Source: Cenarchaeum sp. (GTDB taxonomy: Archaea; Thermoproteota; Nitrososphaeria; Nitrososphaerales; Nitrosopumilaceae). From it: a stretch of 64,000 bases of DNA. The stretch spans positions 928,001 through 992,000 of the forward strand of contig OY843584.1 of NCBI GenBank assembly GCA_963692915.1, in the 5' to 3' direction. Below, piece by piece: positions 18,801 through 27,980 of this stretch. The stretch's first letter is position 1. Every line of letters starts with the position of its first letter. The position numbers were made by a program, and so were the translations under genes. The notes under the pieces were generated by a model. It was not told the origin of the DNA and did not search any database. It saw only the letters and a list, made by a program, of their open reading frames with translations.

Positions 18801-21800
18801 CTCGCTAAACGTGAGGAGGAGGGCTCGCGGGCCAACAAACGTGGCGTCGCTGACCACCGGCGCAATCGCATCAGACGCAGGAATTCCAAGCGACTGGGGC
18901 AGCTCTTGTGCTCCAGAAAAGAGTCCGTTTGTTCCGCCCATGCCAAGAGATGGAATATAGTCGATCGCCAGCGGAGAGCCGCGCGATGCCAGTGTGGCCG
19001 CGTCTGGCGCGGCGGCATGGGTCAATGTCATGGAGTCCGTGCCGACGGGCACAAAGATGCGCCCCGTCGCAGTTATTGGCACATTGTCCAGGCTCTGTAT
19101 GCCCAGGGCAGGGGCGTCCTCCACTGCCCACGCGCCAGCTGACGTGTACCCGCCAACAGGGCGGTCAAACTCGACAACAGTGAACGTCGCGGCGACTGAC
19201 CTGGCCACAAATGACGGCGGCCGGACGTTTAGCACTGGCATGTCAGAGACAGCACCCAGCGCGTTGGGCGGGGACGCAATGTCAACGACATCCCCGCCGT
19301 CGTCACGTGGCGAGTACGAGACGCCAAGCGCCGAGAGCGGTGGCGCAGCCTCGTGCGTGAGGACAAGCGTCCTTCCAGCGTCTGGAGTGGAGAACACGGT
19401 TCCATCCTCGAGCACCCTTGTGAGCGAGGGCAAGTCCACTCCAGTCACGCCAAGTGTCTGTCCCGGGACTGCCGACACTGTCCAGTGGGCAGTCCTTAAA
19501 GCTGTGCGCGAGAGGTCACTGAACGTAACGTCTTCGTCAAAGATGATCGCCGTAGTCGAGGGTGTGCGCGACTCGGCGCGCATGATGGTCGGCGCTGCTG
19601 CGTCTTCGTATGTGGCCGTGATGGAACTAGTGCGCAGTGGCTGACCGGTTCCGTCGTCGGAAAAGTGCGTGCCCACAGTGTCCGTCACAGACGATGGCAC
19701 GATGACCAGGTACGCCTCACCGTCGACGGGGGTGCCCGTTACGCGAATTGTGAGGGTGGACTGGCCGGGCACGTATGACACATCAGAGTCCCCGAGGCCG
19801 CGCACGTATATGCCGCCTAGCGTGGCCGGATCAAGGGCCTCGCTGACTACAAGGCGAACCGCGCTCTTGGAGGCAAACGCCGCACTGAGTATGGCCGGCG
19901 CCCTGCCATGCGTGACCGTTATAGTCTCGACAGTTGACGCGTTTGTCCCGTCAGACACCGAGGGCACAGTTATTTCATAGCGCGCACCGTCAAGCAGGAC
20001 GTGCGTGTCCAGGTCCAGGCTGACTAGAGATCCTGCGTTGGCGGCATCATGTGATGGCGTGACGGCAAGTGCGCCTGATGCCCCAACGCGGCTGACGGCA
20101 AATCCGGTCAGGGTTGGATCGGAGAGATCCTCGTCAAAGTGGACGTCAAACCGATTGTCCCCACGATGGACGATCCTCACGTCCGTGACCTGCGGCGGGC
20201 TTGTGTCAGACGGGGCGTTGTACGTAACGTCGTGTGTGCGTGAAATTCCAAATCTTCCGTCATATGCGCGAATGGACGAAAGGAGGCGCACCTCATATGT
20301 CGAGCCGTCCACCGCCTCGTTCTCCGTATGCAGCGTCACAATGTTGGATCGCGGGACATAGTCTTGCGCTATTGCGCCAAGGCCGGCGACCATCACGCTC
20401 TCGACGGTTGTGGGGTCAATTGGCCTGTTGAGCGTCACAATTATGGTGTTTGGCGAGGAGAACGCCGCAGAGACGACATTCGGGCGACTGTCATCAGAAC
20501 GCCTGACGTTCTCGATCGACAGGTCACCAGATATGGCCACGCCGTTGTCGCCCCTTATGAGGCCGTGCAGGGTGACAGTATAGTCAACACCGCTGCTCAA
20601 TGGAGATGTGGGGAACAGGTTTAGCGTGGTCGAACCCCTGATGTAAGAATACCTGGAAAAGAGGTTGGTGTCAGGCGCACTAGATTCCGCTATTGCAAAC
20701 GAGTCGCCACTTAGCGAGTTGGGATCCAGTGGCCTCGTGAGCAGAACGGTCACACGGTCACCACTGCTGCTGGCATATGCGGACAGCGCACGTGGTGGAT
20801 CCACGTCTGCCGGAGTAACTGCGAGGCTACGTGTCGGAGACAGCAGGCCGGAATATCCGGCGCCCGGAATCGTGGCAAACCTCGCAAAATGGTCTCTAGA
20901 TCGGTCGTCCCTACTGGGCATGAACGTTAACTGTGTACCAGGGGGCAGGATAACAGAGTGTGCCGGTGGCATGGTGTCCGGCGCGCGCATGGTATGAAGC
21001 GTGACCTCTGTTGAGCCTTCGTTGTATTCGGCCACAACGTCCCCCAGGGGCGGTGAGACTCCAATCGTGACTGCCCCACGAAATCCAGCTGTGCTTCTCG
21101 GGGAGGCCGGCTTAAGTAATTGGGGCTGCATGTCAACAAATGGAAGCGGGCCGGCAGAGAAGTCCAGTGGGCGATCAACGGAGATGCGAATGGCACGATC
21201 GCCCACAAATGCCGCCTCTCCTATTCGGGGACTCGCCTTGAGACCCAAAAGCGAAACAGACACCCCAGATGACCCTGTTGCCGGAATGGGCAGCTCTCCG
21301 GCAAGCTTGTTCGTGTTGGCAGCGGCGGGTGTGTATTCCACGCGTAGTGTCCTCGCAGTAGAGTCCAGCACATAGTCAGTCACCAGGGTCATCTGCGTAA
21401 TCGCGTCGGTGCGCGATAACTGGCGTGCAAGGGCAGAGTCGTCAGCCCCGATAAGGCGTGGTGACGAGGACGCCACGACGGTGTTCGAGTCGTTGATCAA
21501 GGACACAGTCCACTCGGAGGCGCTTGTGCTTCCTGTTATGGCCTGCGAAAACGCGATCGAGAGACCCACATTGCCCGAGGAGTGGGGCATGACAGAGTCA
21601 GGCACGATGGAAAATGACGGAGCCGCAGCCGATGAGATCGACTGTGATAGTGTAAAGGTTGTCGGATTATACGCATTGCCGGCTCTGTCAGCGAGTGTGG
21701 AGTGTATCGCGAGCGTGTGCGTCCCCTGCGCGGCCAGGGGATCCAGGGTCAGGATCACACGGGTCGAGCCTGGCGCATATGACGGGGACACTGTTGGCGC

Positions 21801-24287
21801 AGTTCCGGAGTCAGGCGTCACGGTGAACGCCGCACCAGAGACGGTGTTGCCATCAAGCGGCTCGGCAAACTCTAGGAGTATCGAGTTGCGCGCCGTAAAC
21901 GACGGCCTAGGCGGCGTGGGGGCAGTCGTGTCAACCACCACGTTGCCGCCCGAGGTTGTGGACGCAGGCGTGTATTCCGCCCCCGCACCATGCACGCGAA
22001 ACACCGCAGACCCTTCAGGTGTAGAGCTCGTGACGGCATATGTTGCGCGCCAAGTCCTGCCAGTGTCACCCACAGCAGACATTGGGGCAGGCGATCCCCC
22101 ATAGAATGACGCTCTTGGGGGATCATCAGACACTGCAGATGCTAGACCCAGGGTGACCACAATGGTCTGGCCTGCTGAGGCGAGGCGCGCGCCATCACCA
22201 GACTTTGGCGATCCGCCGTCGATCACGTGAACCGTCAGCGATGCTGGATATTTTGGGTATGAGGGAATTGTGTTTATGGCAAAAACCTCCCCCAGATCCG
22301 GATATCCTCGAGCCTCCCAGTCCTCCCTGAACTCGTGTATGGTCAATGCCGGAGGCTCCGATGACGCATCTGTGGATCCTCGGAACGCGTCCCATATCAT
22401 CTGCGTTGCGCCGCGTATGGTGTCACCGCTCTCCACAGTCGAGTCGTGCAGGTCCCAGAGCAGCGAGGATATGCGCCCCTCCACAGCATCGCCGTGACCA
22501 AGTGGAAGTGTGGTCAAGCCATCACGTATTGTAGTTGAGGACTCGAGATCCCACGTTACCTCCGGCGACCTCACGGTTTGATGCGTGCCATCCACGAGCG
22601 CAGGAACAAAATTTGCCCATCCCTCAAACCATGCGCATGTTTCAGAGGACGGAACGAAAAAGTAGTGGGGGCGACAGTATGCCAAATTAGGCAGAGAGAT
22701 CTGTCCGTAAACACTGTTATGCACATGATGGCCATATTCATGTAAAACCGTGCTGCGGATGCTCACACGGTCCATGGCATCGTTAAGCGAGATCTGCCGA
22801 GCAGCTGCGCTATAAAACGCACCATCGCCCGTCGAGAAATATGCAAGTACACGCGGAACATTATATCCAAATGTGGACTCAAAGAAATCATGAGCCTCTG
22901 TGATTTCGTCAAGCGCCCAGAACGCCGTGTTGAACGGTTGGCCTGAAGCTATCGTGTGAGTCATAAGATTAAGCACTCCAGCAGGCGCATTCTCCTGAGT
23001 GGGAAGATCAAACATATACAGCACCAGGAAACCTTCTGATATATGACGCACGCTCGAAAAAGAGTTGAATGTAAGCACTCGAACCACTATGTCCGGGCCG
23101 CCATCTCCATCTGGATCAGTAGAAGACACGGCAGCAAAAAATAATCCATTAGAATCCAAAATCCTGCAGACATCTATGTCAGAGTTACGGAGAAGCACGA
23201 GGTCATCATCTGAATTCCTGTCATATAGGCACGCAGCAGCGTTTGCTGCAGGAACTATATTTCCTGTCCTATCGTGAACTAGCACTCTTCCATACACTAA
23301 CACCTGGTCAGCGGCACTTTGTCCGCTCGGACCAATAGCCGACTTGATAGTCTCGGGCAGGTCATTCTCTGCGAGAGGTGTCACGATAGGAGGCGGAAAC
23401 ACATACGTGTGCCGTAGTTCGGGCACGATTGTGGCAGTGCCGGCAGCTCCGCCCGCGCCGGCAGCTCCGCCCGCGCCGGCAGCTCCGCCCGCGCCGGCAG
23501 CTCCGCCCGCGCCGGCAGCTCCGCCCGCGCCGGCAGCTCCCGCAGCTCCGCCGGCAGCCTGTGCTGCTGCCGCATACGCCGCAGGACTCGCTGCCGGAAT
23601 CGGATTTTTCGCCAGGTCGTCCAGCTCATCGGCAAATGACCGCACCACAAGGGAGTCAGGATCAATGGACGGGTATTCCGTAGAGATTGTCGCCTTGAGG
23701 CCCTGCGCATTGTTCACAAACCACACGAGAGGCGCCGCATCTGCCCCAGAGAGGCCCAGATCCACGTACAGCTCTGTCCCACTGTACACCACGGGCTCGT
23801 TGAGAACCACGTTGAACATCACATTGTGCGCGCCAGTGCCAGGCCGATATGGCAGCAGTCCCGTATACTCGTACGTCGAGCGCCCGTTGCCGTCTATCCA
23901 GAGGAGCCTCTTTGTGAGATCCGTGGCGCCGAGGAGCTCAAACTCCTCGGGGAAGCGCAGCAGGATCTCACCACCCGTGTATCCCGCCGGAGGCGTGGCG
24001 ACCCCAAACTCGGCAGGCCACGCATAGTATCCTTCCGGAGGAGTCCTGTCAGAGGCCTTGCCGATGGCCGCGTTGCCCGGCACCTCCTCCCACGCATACC
24101 ACCAGCTGACCGGAAACGGCACGCCGACTGTGATGGTCTCTGGTATCTCGCTGTGGGTTCCCATTGGCCACTGGCACTCAAAGTCGCACGGTATGGCCGA
24201 GGGCGTCGCGTGAGCCAGTGCGGCAGAGCCGGAGGCTGCCAGCGCGGCGGCCACGATGAGCGCAAGCGCCAGTGTTCTGACCCCCAT
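15837..24287 (-). CDS. Giant (about 2816 aa) secreted zinc metalloprotease with tandem Ig-like modules
   Basis: Signal peptide, HEYGH at 22728-22742 plus downstream EGWANF, repeated F(S/D)EPLD..T...D..GN modules; TATA at 24310-24317. Confidence 0.85.
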   Translation of the reverse strand: MGVRTLALALIVAAALAASGSAALAHATPSAIPCDFECQWPMGTHSEIPETITVGVPFPVSWWYAWEEVPGNAAIGKASDRTPPEGYYAWPAEFGVATPPAGYTGGEILLRFPEEFELLGATDLTKRLLWIDGNGRSTYEYTGLLPYRPGTGAHNVMFNVVLNEPVVYSGTELYVDLGLSGADAAPLVWFVNNAQGLKATISTEYPSIDPDSLVVRSFADELDDLAKNPIPAASPAAYAAAAQAAGGAAGAAGAGGAAGAGGAAGAGGAAGAGGAAGAGGAAGTATIVPELRHTYVFPPPIVTPLAENDLPETIKSAIGPSGQSAADQVLVYGRVLVHDRTGNIVPAANAAACLYDRNSDDDLVLLRNSDIDVCRILDSNGLFFAAVSSTDPDGDGGPDIVVRVLTFNSFSSVRHISEGFLVLYMFDLPTQENAPAGVLNLMTHTIASGQPFNTAFWALDEITEAHDFFESTFGYNVPRVLAYFSTGDGAFYSAAARQISLNDAMDRVSIRSTVLHEYGHHVHNSVYGQISLPNLAYCRPHYFFVPSSETCAWFEGWANFVPALVDGTHQTVRSPEVTWDLESSTTIRDGLTTLPLGHGDAVEGRISSLLWDLHDSTVESGDTIRGATQMIWDAFRGSTDASSEPPALTIHEFREDWEARGYPDLGEVFAINTIPSYPKYPASLTVHVIDGGSPKSGDGARLASAGQTIVVTLGLASAVSDDPPRASFYGGSPAPMSAVGDTGRTWRATYAVTSSTPEGSAVFRVHGAGAEYTPASTTSGGNVVVDTTAPTPPRPSFTARNSILLEFAEPLDGNTVSGAAFTVTPDSGTAPTVSPSYAPGSTRVILTLDPLAAQGTHTLAIHSTLADRAGNAYNPTTFTLSQSISSAAAPSFSIVPDSVMPHSSGNVGLSIAFSQAITGSTSASEWTVSLINDSNTVVASSSPRLIGADDSALARQLSRTDAITQMTLVTDYVLDSTARTLRVEYTPAAANTNKLAGELPIPATGSSGVSVSLLGLKASPRIGEAAFVGDRAIRISVDRPLDFSAGPLPFVDMQPQLLKPASPRSTAGFRGAVTIGVSPPLGDVVAEYNEGSTEVTLHTMRAPDTMPPAHSVILPPGTQLTFMPSRDDRSRDHFARFATIPGAGYSGLLSPTRSLAVTPADVDPPRALSAYASSSGDRVTVLLTRPLDPNSLSGDSFAIAESSAPDTNLFSRYSYIRGSTTLNLFPTSPLSSGVDYTVTLHGLIRGDNGVAISGDLSIENVRRSDDSRPNVVSAAFSSPNTIIVTLNRPIDPTTVESVMVAGLGAIAQDYVPRSNIVTLHTENEAVDGSTYEVRLLSSIRAYDGRFGISRTHDVTYNAPSDTSPPQVTDVRIVHRGDNRFDVHFDEDLSDPTLTGFAVSRVGASGALAVTPSHDAANAGSLVSLDLDTHVLLDGARYEITVPSVSDGTNASTVETITVTHGRAPAILSAAFASKSAVRLVVSEALDPATLGGIYVRGLGDSDVSYVPGQSTLTIRVTGTPVDGEAYLVIVPSSVTDTVGTHFSDDGTGQPLRTSSITATYEDAAAPTIMRAESRTPSTTAIIFDEDVTFSDLSRTALRTAHWTVSAVPGQTLGVTGVDLPSLTRVLEDGTVFSTPDAGRTLVLTHEAAPPLSALGVSYSPRDDGGDVVDIASPPNALGAVSDMPVLNVRPPSFVARSVAATFTVVEFDRPVGGYTSAGAWAVEDAPALGIQSLDNVPITATGRIFVPVGTDSMTLTHAAAPDAATLASRGSPLAIDYIPSLGMGGTNGLFSGAQELPQSLGIPASDAIAPVVSDATFVGPRALLLTFSEPLAFTTIVPGAFSVTVAESETNLLAASNAVTHSRGSQTVLLSLASDAAAVSHEVTVATSVTDANGVHYAAPASPIASTYAAVTAPFTARTSTSASTAVTFSPAVGGTTSVEEWTVDGSPAGLIRHGSSEQSTATLEQGTTTITLIHRDLGTTGATPAVSYMPSTDANRLSASDTALPAHTTIATDGATPTFASALTTSRTTIDVTFSEPVRFRDSDTADRLNKWTVTDGTDRAVSSVAIKPGTDDTTITITHATNSGPGATPALSYVSTGDGSLEDFGGNSVAYPGSSAVDGVGPAVATTATAFVPRTDTMSAVHAEIHVWFDEVLDAFTATRYLLPFSVDTARPPYLHAPGLTLTAEGGLETPVYLRQVDNSPGAVPDDPTARTVLETTPKSRLVLFLLGDLVAGAPYTLSLPPEIRDAAGNAPATDPITVTRATDTAGPKLVGASFTGPRTLHAEFDEPLEASTVTRGAFSVTAPGSTDNLLASSDAVSYTQHSRRVTLGLAGDAVETTVYSVSASAALQDARGNAHVPADPVTATYDATPPTASQVVFSDRYTLAVSVSEPLDVSTVDDTNLAGIGIGGFSTSGFYTTISYSEGANIIEINSLRAIDGDSLDDGDGSPDLSVPTPEYPEVRITISSSVTDANGVSFEPTTLFTSHGDTTPPRPHTAVAISTDRTVVRLDPVTDRIRLDDASTPEMRAAHWTVTETHGTTETSDDTPLAVSDVTIVDDWRGLLLTHAPSSGALAELTVAYVAGADDAGRIRDWATPANVLAANADVTMFDDAFRPAAASLSFALTHDGSVASPSAPRYANADDMITASLTLDEPAGSNTPTIEILGATAGMTASPSDQSTSWTYALVVPATGAAQGELAFAIQAWDAAGNAIGVGPADIDAGQTRIVVDTVLPTFGAQTAGRGMTEVTFLEPVSGLLVASDWRIGGGVASGVSPAPGVPAAHALLLSGATSVTLHHATVEDTAATPTVEYRPPAP
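23439..23540. repeat. 18-bp tandem repeat, 5 perfect copies plus a partial copy, encoding a (GAAGAG)n linker
   Basis: GCCGGCAGCTCCGCCCGC repeated at 23439, 23457, 23475, 23493, 23511 and partially at 23529. Confidence 0.97.
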
Positions 24288-24446
24288 TACGGCACGGATC
24301 ATCGAGGCCTTATATAATAAGAGATCTCTAGCAGGACAGCCCCGTTATCGCCATAACCGGCGTAGTCTGGCACCACCCAAGTGCGCCCCAACCCACGCGC
24401 AAGGCGGCCATGACGGGTTAAATACCGCATCCGCAAGGCGTGCGGC

Positions 24447-24547
24447 GCAGGGGTATCAAAGCCTGGCCAAATGAGGGGGACTCAAGACCACAGTGGGCAA
24501 TCCCCTCCCTCAGGGGTTCGTGGGTTCGAATCCCGCCCCCTGCACCA
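24447..24547 (+). tRNA. tRNA-Leu(CAA) with a 13-nt intron at 37/38 (about 24487-24499)
   Basis: GCAGGGG/CCCCTGC stem, CTCAAG then an insert, long variable arm, GGTTCGAATCC, encoded CCA. Confidence 0.9.
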
Positions 24548-24609
24548 ACAATAGGTCACAACAGCAAATCCTGAAACAGTGAAATACGCTCCGGGTCTGT
24601 GCGGCATGC

Positions 24610-26655
24610 ATGAACCGCCTTGCGGACCAGACGAGCCCCTACCTCCTCCAGCACGCGTCAAACCCCGTTGACTGGCACGCGTGGGGGCCGCACGCCCTCG
24701 AGCTCGCAAAGGAGAGGGACGTCCCCATATTCCTGAGCGTCGGGTATAGCGCGTGCCACTGGTGCCACGTCATGGCGCACGAGTCATTTGAGAACGCCGG
24801 CATTGCCGAGTTTCTCAACGAGAACTATGTTAGCATAAAGGTCGACCGCGAGGAGCGGCCAGACATTGATGACATTTACCAGAGGGCGTGCATGGAGGCC
24901 ACCGGCCAGGGCGGGTGGCCGCTCAGCGCGTTTCTCACGCCAGACCAGAGGCCGTTTTACATTGGCACATACTATCCGCCGCTTGACACTGCCGGCAGGC
25001 CGGGATTCTCCAGCCTCATCAGGCAGCTCGCACAGACGTGGAGCGAGCAGAGATCATCGGTCAATGACGGCGCAGAGCGATTTATGCGGCGCATGGCAGA
25101 ACAAGGCGTCGGATCCTCCACAGGCGACACGCCGCACGACACTGTCGAGCGGGCCGCAGACACGCTCATGTCAATGGCAGATATCACCAACGGCGGCTTT
25201 GGCCACGCGCCAAAGTTCCCAAACGCCGCATGCCTCACGTTCCTCCTCTGCCACTCTACGCTCGAGGGCCAAAGGCACTCAGGCGCGCACGCGCTTCGCA
25301 CGCTGCGCCGCATGGCAGCCGGAGGCATGTACGACCACGTCGGTGGCGGGTTTCACAGGTACTCGACTGACGCGCGATGGCTCGTGCCGCACTTTGAGAA
25401 AATGGCATACGACAATGCGCTCGTGCCGCCAGTCTATGCGGCCGCATACGCGCTCACGCGCGATCCCGAGTACCTGCGGCCGGCAACACGAACCATGGAC
25501 TTTGCGCTGCGCGAGCTCGCCGACGGGGACGGCGGGTTTGCCTCTGCGCTAGATGCCGACTCGGAGGGCGAGGAGGGCGCATACTATGTCTGGTCGGCGC
25601 GCGAGGTTCGCGACATCCTAGGCGAGGATGCGGACATGTTCTGCCTGTACTATGACGTGACTGACGGCGGCAACTGGGAGGGCAAGACGATACTGCGCAA
25701 CAGCGTGGCCCTCTCGGCAGTCGCGTTTAGGTTTGGGATCGACGAGGCCGCAGCGCGAACGCGCCTTGATGCGGGCCTCGCGAGGCTCCTTGATGCGCGA
25801 TCATCGAGGGAGAGACCCGGACTTGATGACAAGAGGATCGCCGCATGGAACGCAATGATGGCCGTGTCCCTCTGTGCTGTCGGAGCTGCCGCACAAGAGT
25901 CAATGTATGTCGAGGCCGCCGCGCGCTGCGTGGACTATATGCGCGATCGCCTCTGCTCGCGCGACGAGCCGGCGAGCCTCCTGCGCTCACGGCGCGGCAC
26001 GAGGGCCGGAGAGGTGCCCGCATACCTAGAGGATCACGCGTGGCATGCTGAGGCCCTAGTCGACGTGTTCTGCGCCGGCGGCGATCCGGCCCTCCTCAAG
26101 CGTGCCGAGGCAGTCGCCGACACGATCCTCGAGCGGTTTTATGACGGCGAGGGCGGCTTTTACATGACCGGCGAGGGAACCCACGAGGCCCTCATAGTCA
26201 GGCCGCGCAGCATGCATGACCTCTCGGTCCCGTCAGGCGCATCAGTGGCAGTGCGCGCGCTATGGAGAATAGGCCATCTTGCCGGCAACGAAAATCACAT
26301 TGGCGCAGCAAGGCGCGCGATGGCCGCGCGTGAGGCAGCAGCCACCGAGAACCCGTTTGCCGCAGGCGCGATGCTCTGCTCCATATTTGCGCGCGAGCGC
26401 GGTCCAGTAGAGGTAACGCTCCTTGACGGGGGCGGCGCGTCCGGAATGCGTGCAGCACTAGAGACGCGCTTTGCGCCAGAGGCAATATCCGTAAGAATAG
26501 GAGAACGGCGCAATCTTGACGCACTCGCATCGCGCGCATTCTTTGCCGGAAAGGAGTTCAGCAACGGCGAGCAGGTAGCATACGTCTGCAAAAACTCCAC
26601 ATGTTCGGCGCCAATATCATCAGTTGACGGACTCGCACGCCAGATGCGCACCTAG
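24610..26655 (+). CDS. Thioredoxin-domain protein, YyaL/SSP411 family
   Basis: MNRLADQTSPYLLQHASNPVDW, CHWCHVMAHESFE, VPHFEKM. Confidence 0.95.
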   Translation: MNRLADQTSPYLLQHASNPVDWHAWGPHALELAKERDVPIFLSVGYSACHWCHVMAHESFENAGIAEFLNENYVSIKVDREERPDIDDIYQRACMEATGQGGWPLSAFLTPDQRPFYIGTYYPPLDTAGRPGFSSLIRQLAQTWSEQRSSVNDGAERFMRRMAEQGVGSSTGDTPHDTVERAADTLMSMADITNGGFGHAPKFPNAACLTFLLCHSTLEGQRHSGAHALRTLRRMAAGGMYDHVGGGFHRYSTDARWLVPHFEKMAYDNALVPPVYAAAYALTRDPEYLRPATRTMDFALRELADGDGGFASALDADSEGEEGAYYVWSAREVRDILGEDADMFCLYYDVTDGGNWEGKTILRNSVALSAVAFRFGIDEAAARTRLDAGLARLLDARSSRERPGLDDKRIAAWNAMMAVSLCAVGAAAQESMYVEAAARCVDYMRDRLCSRDEPASLLRSRRGTRAGEVPAYLEDHAWHAEALVDVFCAGGDPALLKRAEAVADTILERFYDGEGGFYMTGEGTHEALIVRPRSMHDLSVPSGASVAVRALWRIGHLAGNENHIGAARRAMAAREAAATENPFAAGAMLCSIFARERGPVEVTLLDGGGASGMRAALETRFAPEAISVRIGERRNLDALASRAFFAGKEFSNGEQVAYVCKNSTCSAPISSVDGLARQMRT

Positions 26656-26927
26656 CGCGGACGCATCGCACGGCGAATGTCTGGCACACGTGCATTGATG
26701 AGCGTGACCAGCTCGTTTATCTCGCCAAGCGCAGGCGAGGTTCCGCCATCGCGGCAGAGCTGTAGGAATGCCGAGTATATGCAGCCGACGATCATGCCGA
26801 CTGCCGTGTCCTCAACAGAGCCACCATCGGCGCACGACTCGGCGAGCTGGCGGTAAGACCTTGCCTCAGACACATAGTGCGCGATGAGGCCGTCCACATA
26901 GCTGCGCGTCTCCTCGGATATCGCCAT
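26652..26927 (-). CDS. Small helical hypothetical protein
   Basis: ORF MAISEETR... with a TATA-like element upstream; convergent overlap with the yyaL stop. Confidence 0.65.
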   Translation of the reverse strand: MAISEETRSYVDGLIAHYVSEARSYRQLAESCADGGSVEDTAVGMIVGCIYSAFLQLCRDGGTSPALGEINELVTLINARVPDIRRAMRPR

Positions 26928-27029
26928 TGGCACGGCGCGGGGAGCACGGTGATATTTGTGTGTCGTGTGCGTGTGGGCACGCTGGCTTGGAGAGTCAAAA
27001 AAGGAGGCCACATGCGCGTTGCGCGAGGG

Positions 27030-27290
27030 TCAGGATTTGGAGGAGAGGGCGTTCTTTCGTATGAAGGCCCAGATCTTTTTGTTCATGTCGCTTGGCGGAA
27101 TGGGCTTTTTGCCAAACACCTGCTCTAGCGTCTCGCGCCTTCCGGAGAACGAGACGGCATAGCCGCCAAATGCCTTCCGTGCTGACTTGGGCTTCTTTGT
27201 CGTCTTTGCCTTGGGCTTTGCCCCTGGTCTTGAGCGAACCGACTTTCGTGCGGTCCTCTTGGCAACCTTGGGTTTCTTTGCCGTAACCAA
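27030..27290 (-). CDS. Lys/Arg-rich protein with SWIB-like C-terminal domain
   Basis: Basic N-terminal tail; LEQVFGKKPIPPSDMNKKIWAFIRKNAL resembles the SWIB core. Confidence 0.75.
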   Translation of the reverse strand: MVTAKKPKVAKRTARKSVRSRPGAKPKAKTTKKPKSARKAFGGYAVSFSGRRETLEQVFGKKPIPPSDMNKKIWAFIRKNALSSKS

Positions 27291-27323
27291 TCTGCAGGAG
27301 CGCCGGCGTGTTGGTATAATAAC

Positions 27324-27980
27324 CTAGAGCTTGGAGTAGCGCACAATGAGCTCGCCGGCGGACCTTGTGGCAGACACGAGGCGCATGTGCGGCGAGGAGG
27401 CAACACGCGCAAAGCCCTCACCACCGACCAGGCAGGGCGCGCCAACGCCTCCGAGGAGGCGGGGCGCGACGCATATGGCCATCTCGTCGATCAGGCCACG
27501 GCGCGCGAGATCCCAGTTGACTGTGCTTCCGCCCTCTACGAGCACGGAGCGCACGCGCAGTGACCACAGCCGCGAGAGGAGTGTGCGAACTGACACGTGG
27601 GTCGCACCAGCGACGATCGTCTCGATTCCCATGTCATGCAGCCTTGCAATGCGTCGTTTGGGTGCAGCACGCGAGACGCCGAGTATTGTGCGAACCGAGT
27701 CACATGTTTTTGCGATACGCGATGTCAACGGTAGCGAAGCGCGCGAGTCGAGTATGACGCGAATTGGATTCGATCCGTGCACAAGTCTAACGGTGAGGAG
27801 CGGATCATCAAGACGAACGGTGTTTATCCCAACAAGAATTGCGTCATGGGCAGCGCGCATGCGATGCACACGTCGCAGGTCACGGCGCGATGAGAGTGAC
27901 GAATCACCTGTGCGCGTAGCTATCTTGCCGTCAATCGACATTGCGGCGCTGAGCGTCACGCGCGGCCTAGATGCGGCCAT
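27324..27980 (-). CDS. arfC: 2,5-diamino-6-ribosylamino-4(3H)-pyrimidinone 5'-phosphate reductase (RibD-C)
   Basis: AAMSIDGKIA, DAILVGINTVRLDDPLLTVR, VLVEGG. Confidence 0.9.
   Translation of the reverse strand: MAASRPRVTLSAAMSIDGKIATRTGDSSLSSRRDLRRVHRMRAAHDAILVGINTVRLDDPLLTVRLVHGSNPIRVILDSRASLPLTSRIAKTCDSVRTILGVSRAAPKRRIARLHDMGIETIVAGATHVSVRTLLSRLWSLRVRSVLVEGGSTVNWDLARRGLIDEMAICVAPRLLGGVGAPCLVGGEGFARVASSPHMRLVSATRSAGELIVRYSKL

Noticed and set aside
23439-23540. 18-bp repeat as a CRISPR array
   Set aside because: Direct tandem copies with no spacers, in frame in a CDS, no cas genes
15880-24027. Long plus-strand ORFs antisense to the giant gene (e.g. 15880-17037, 17302-18600, 23344-24027)
   Set aside because: Shadow ORFs caused by GC-rich codon bias; no motifs
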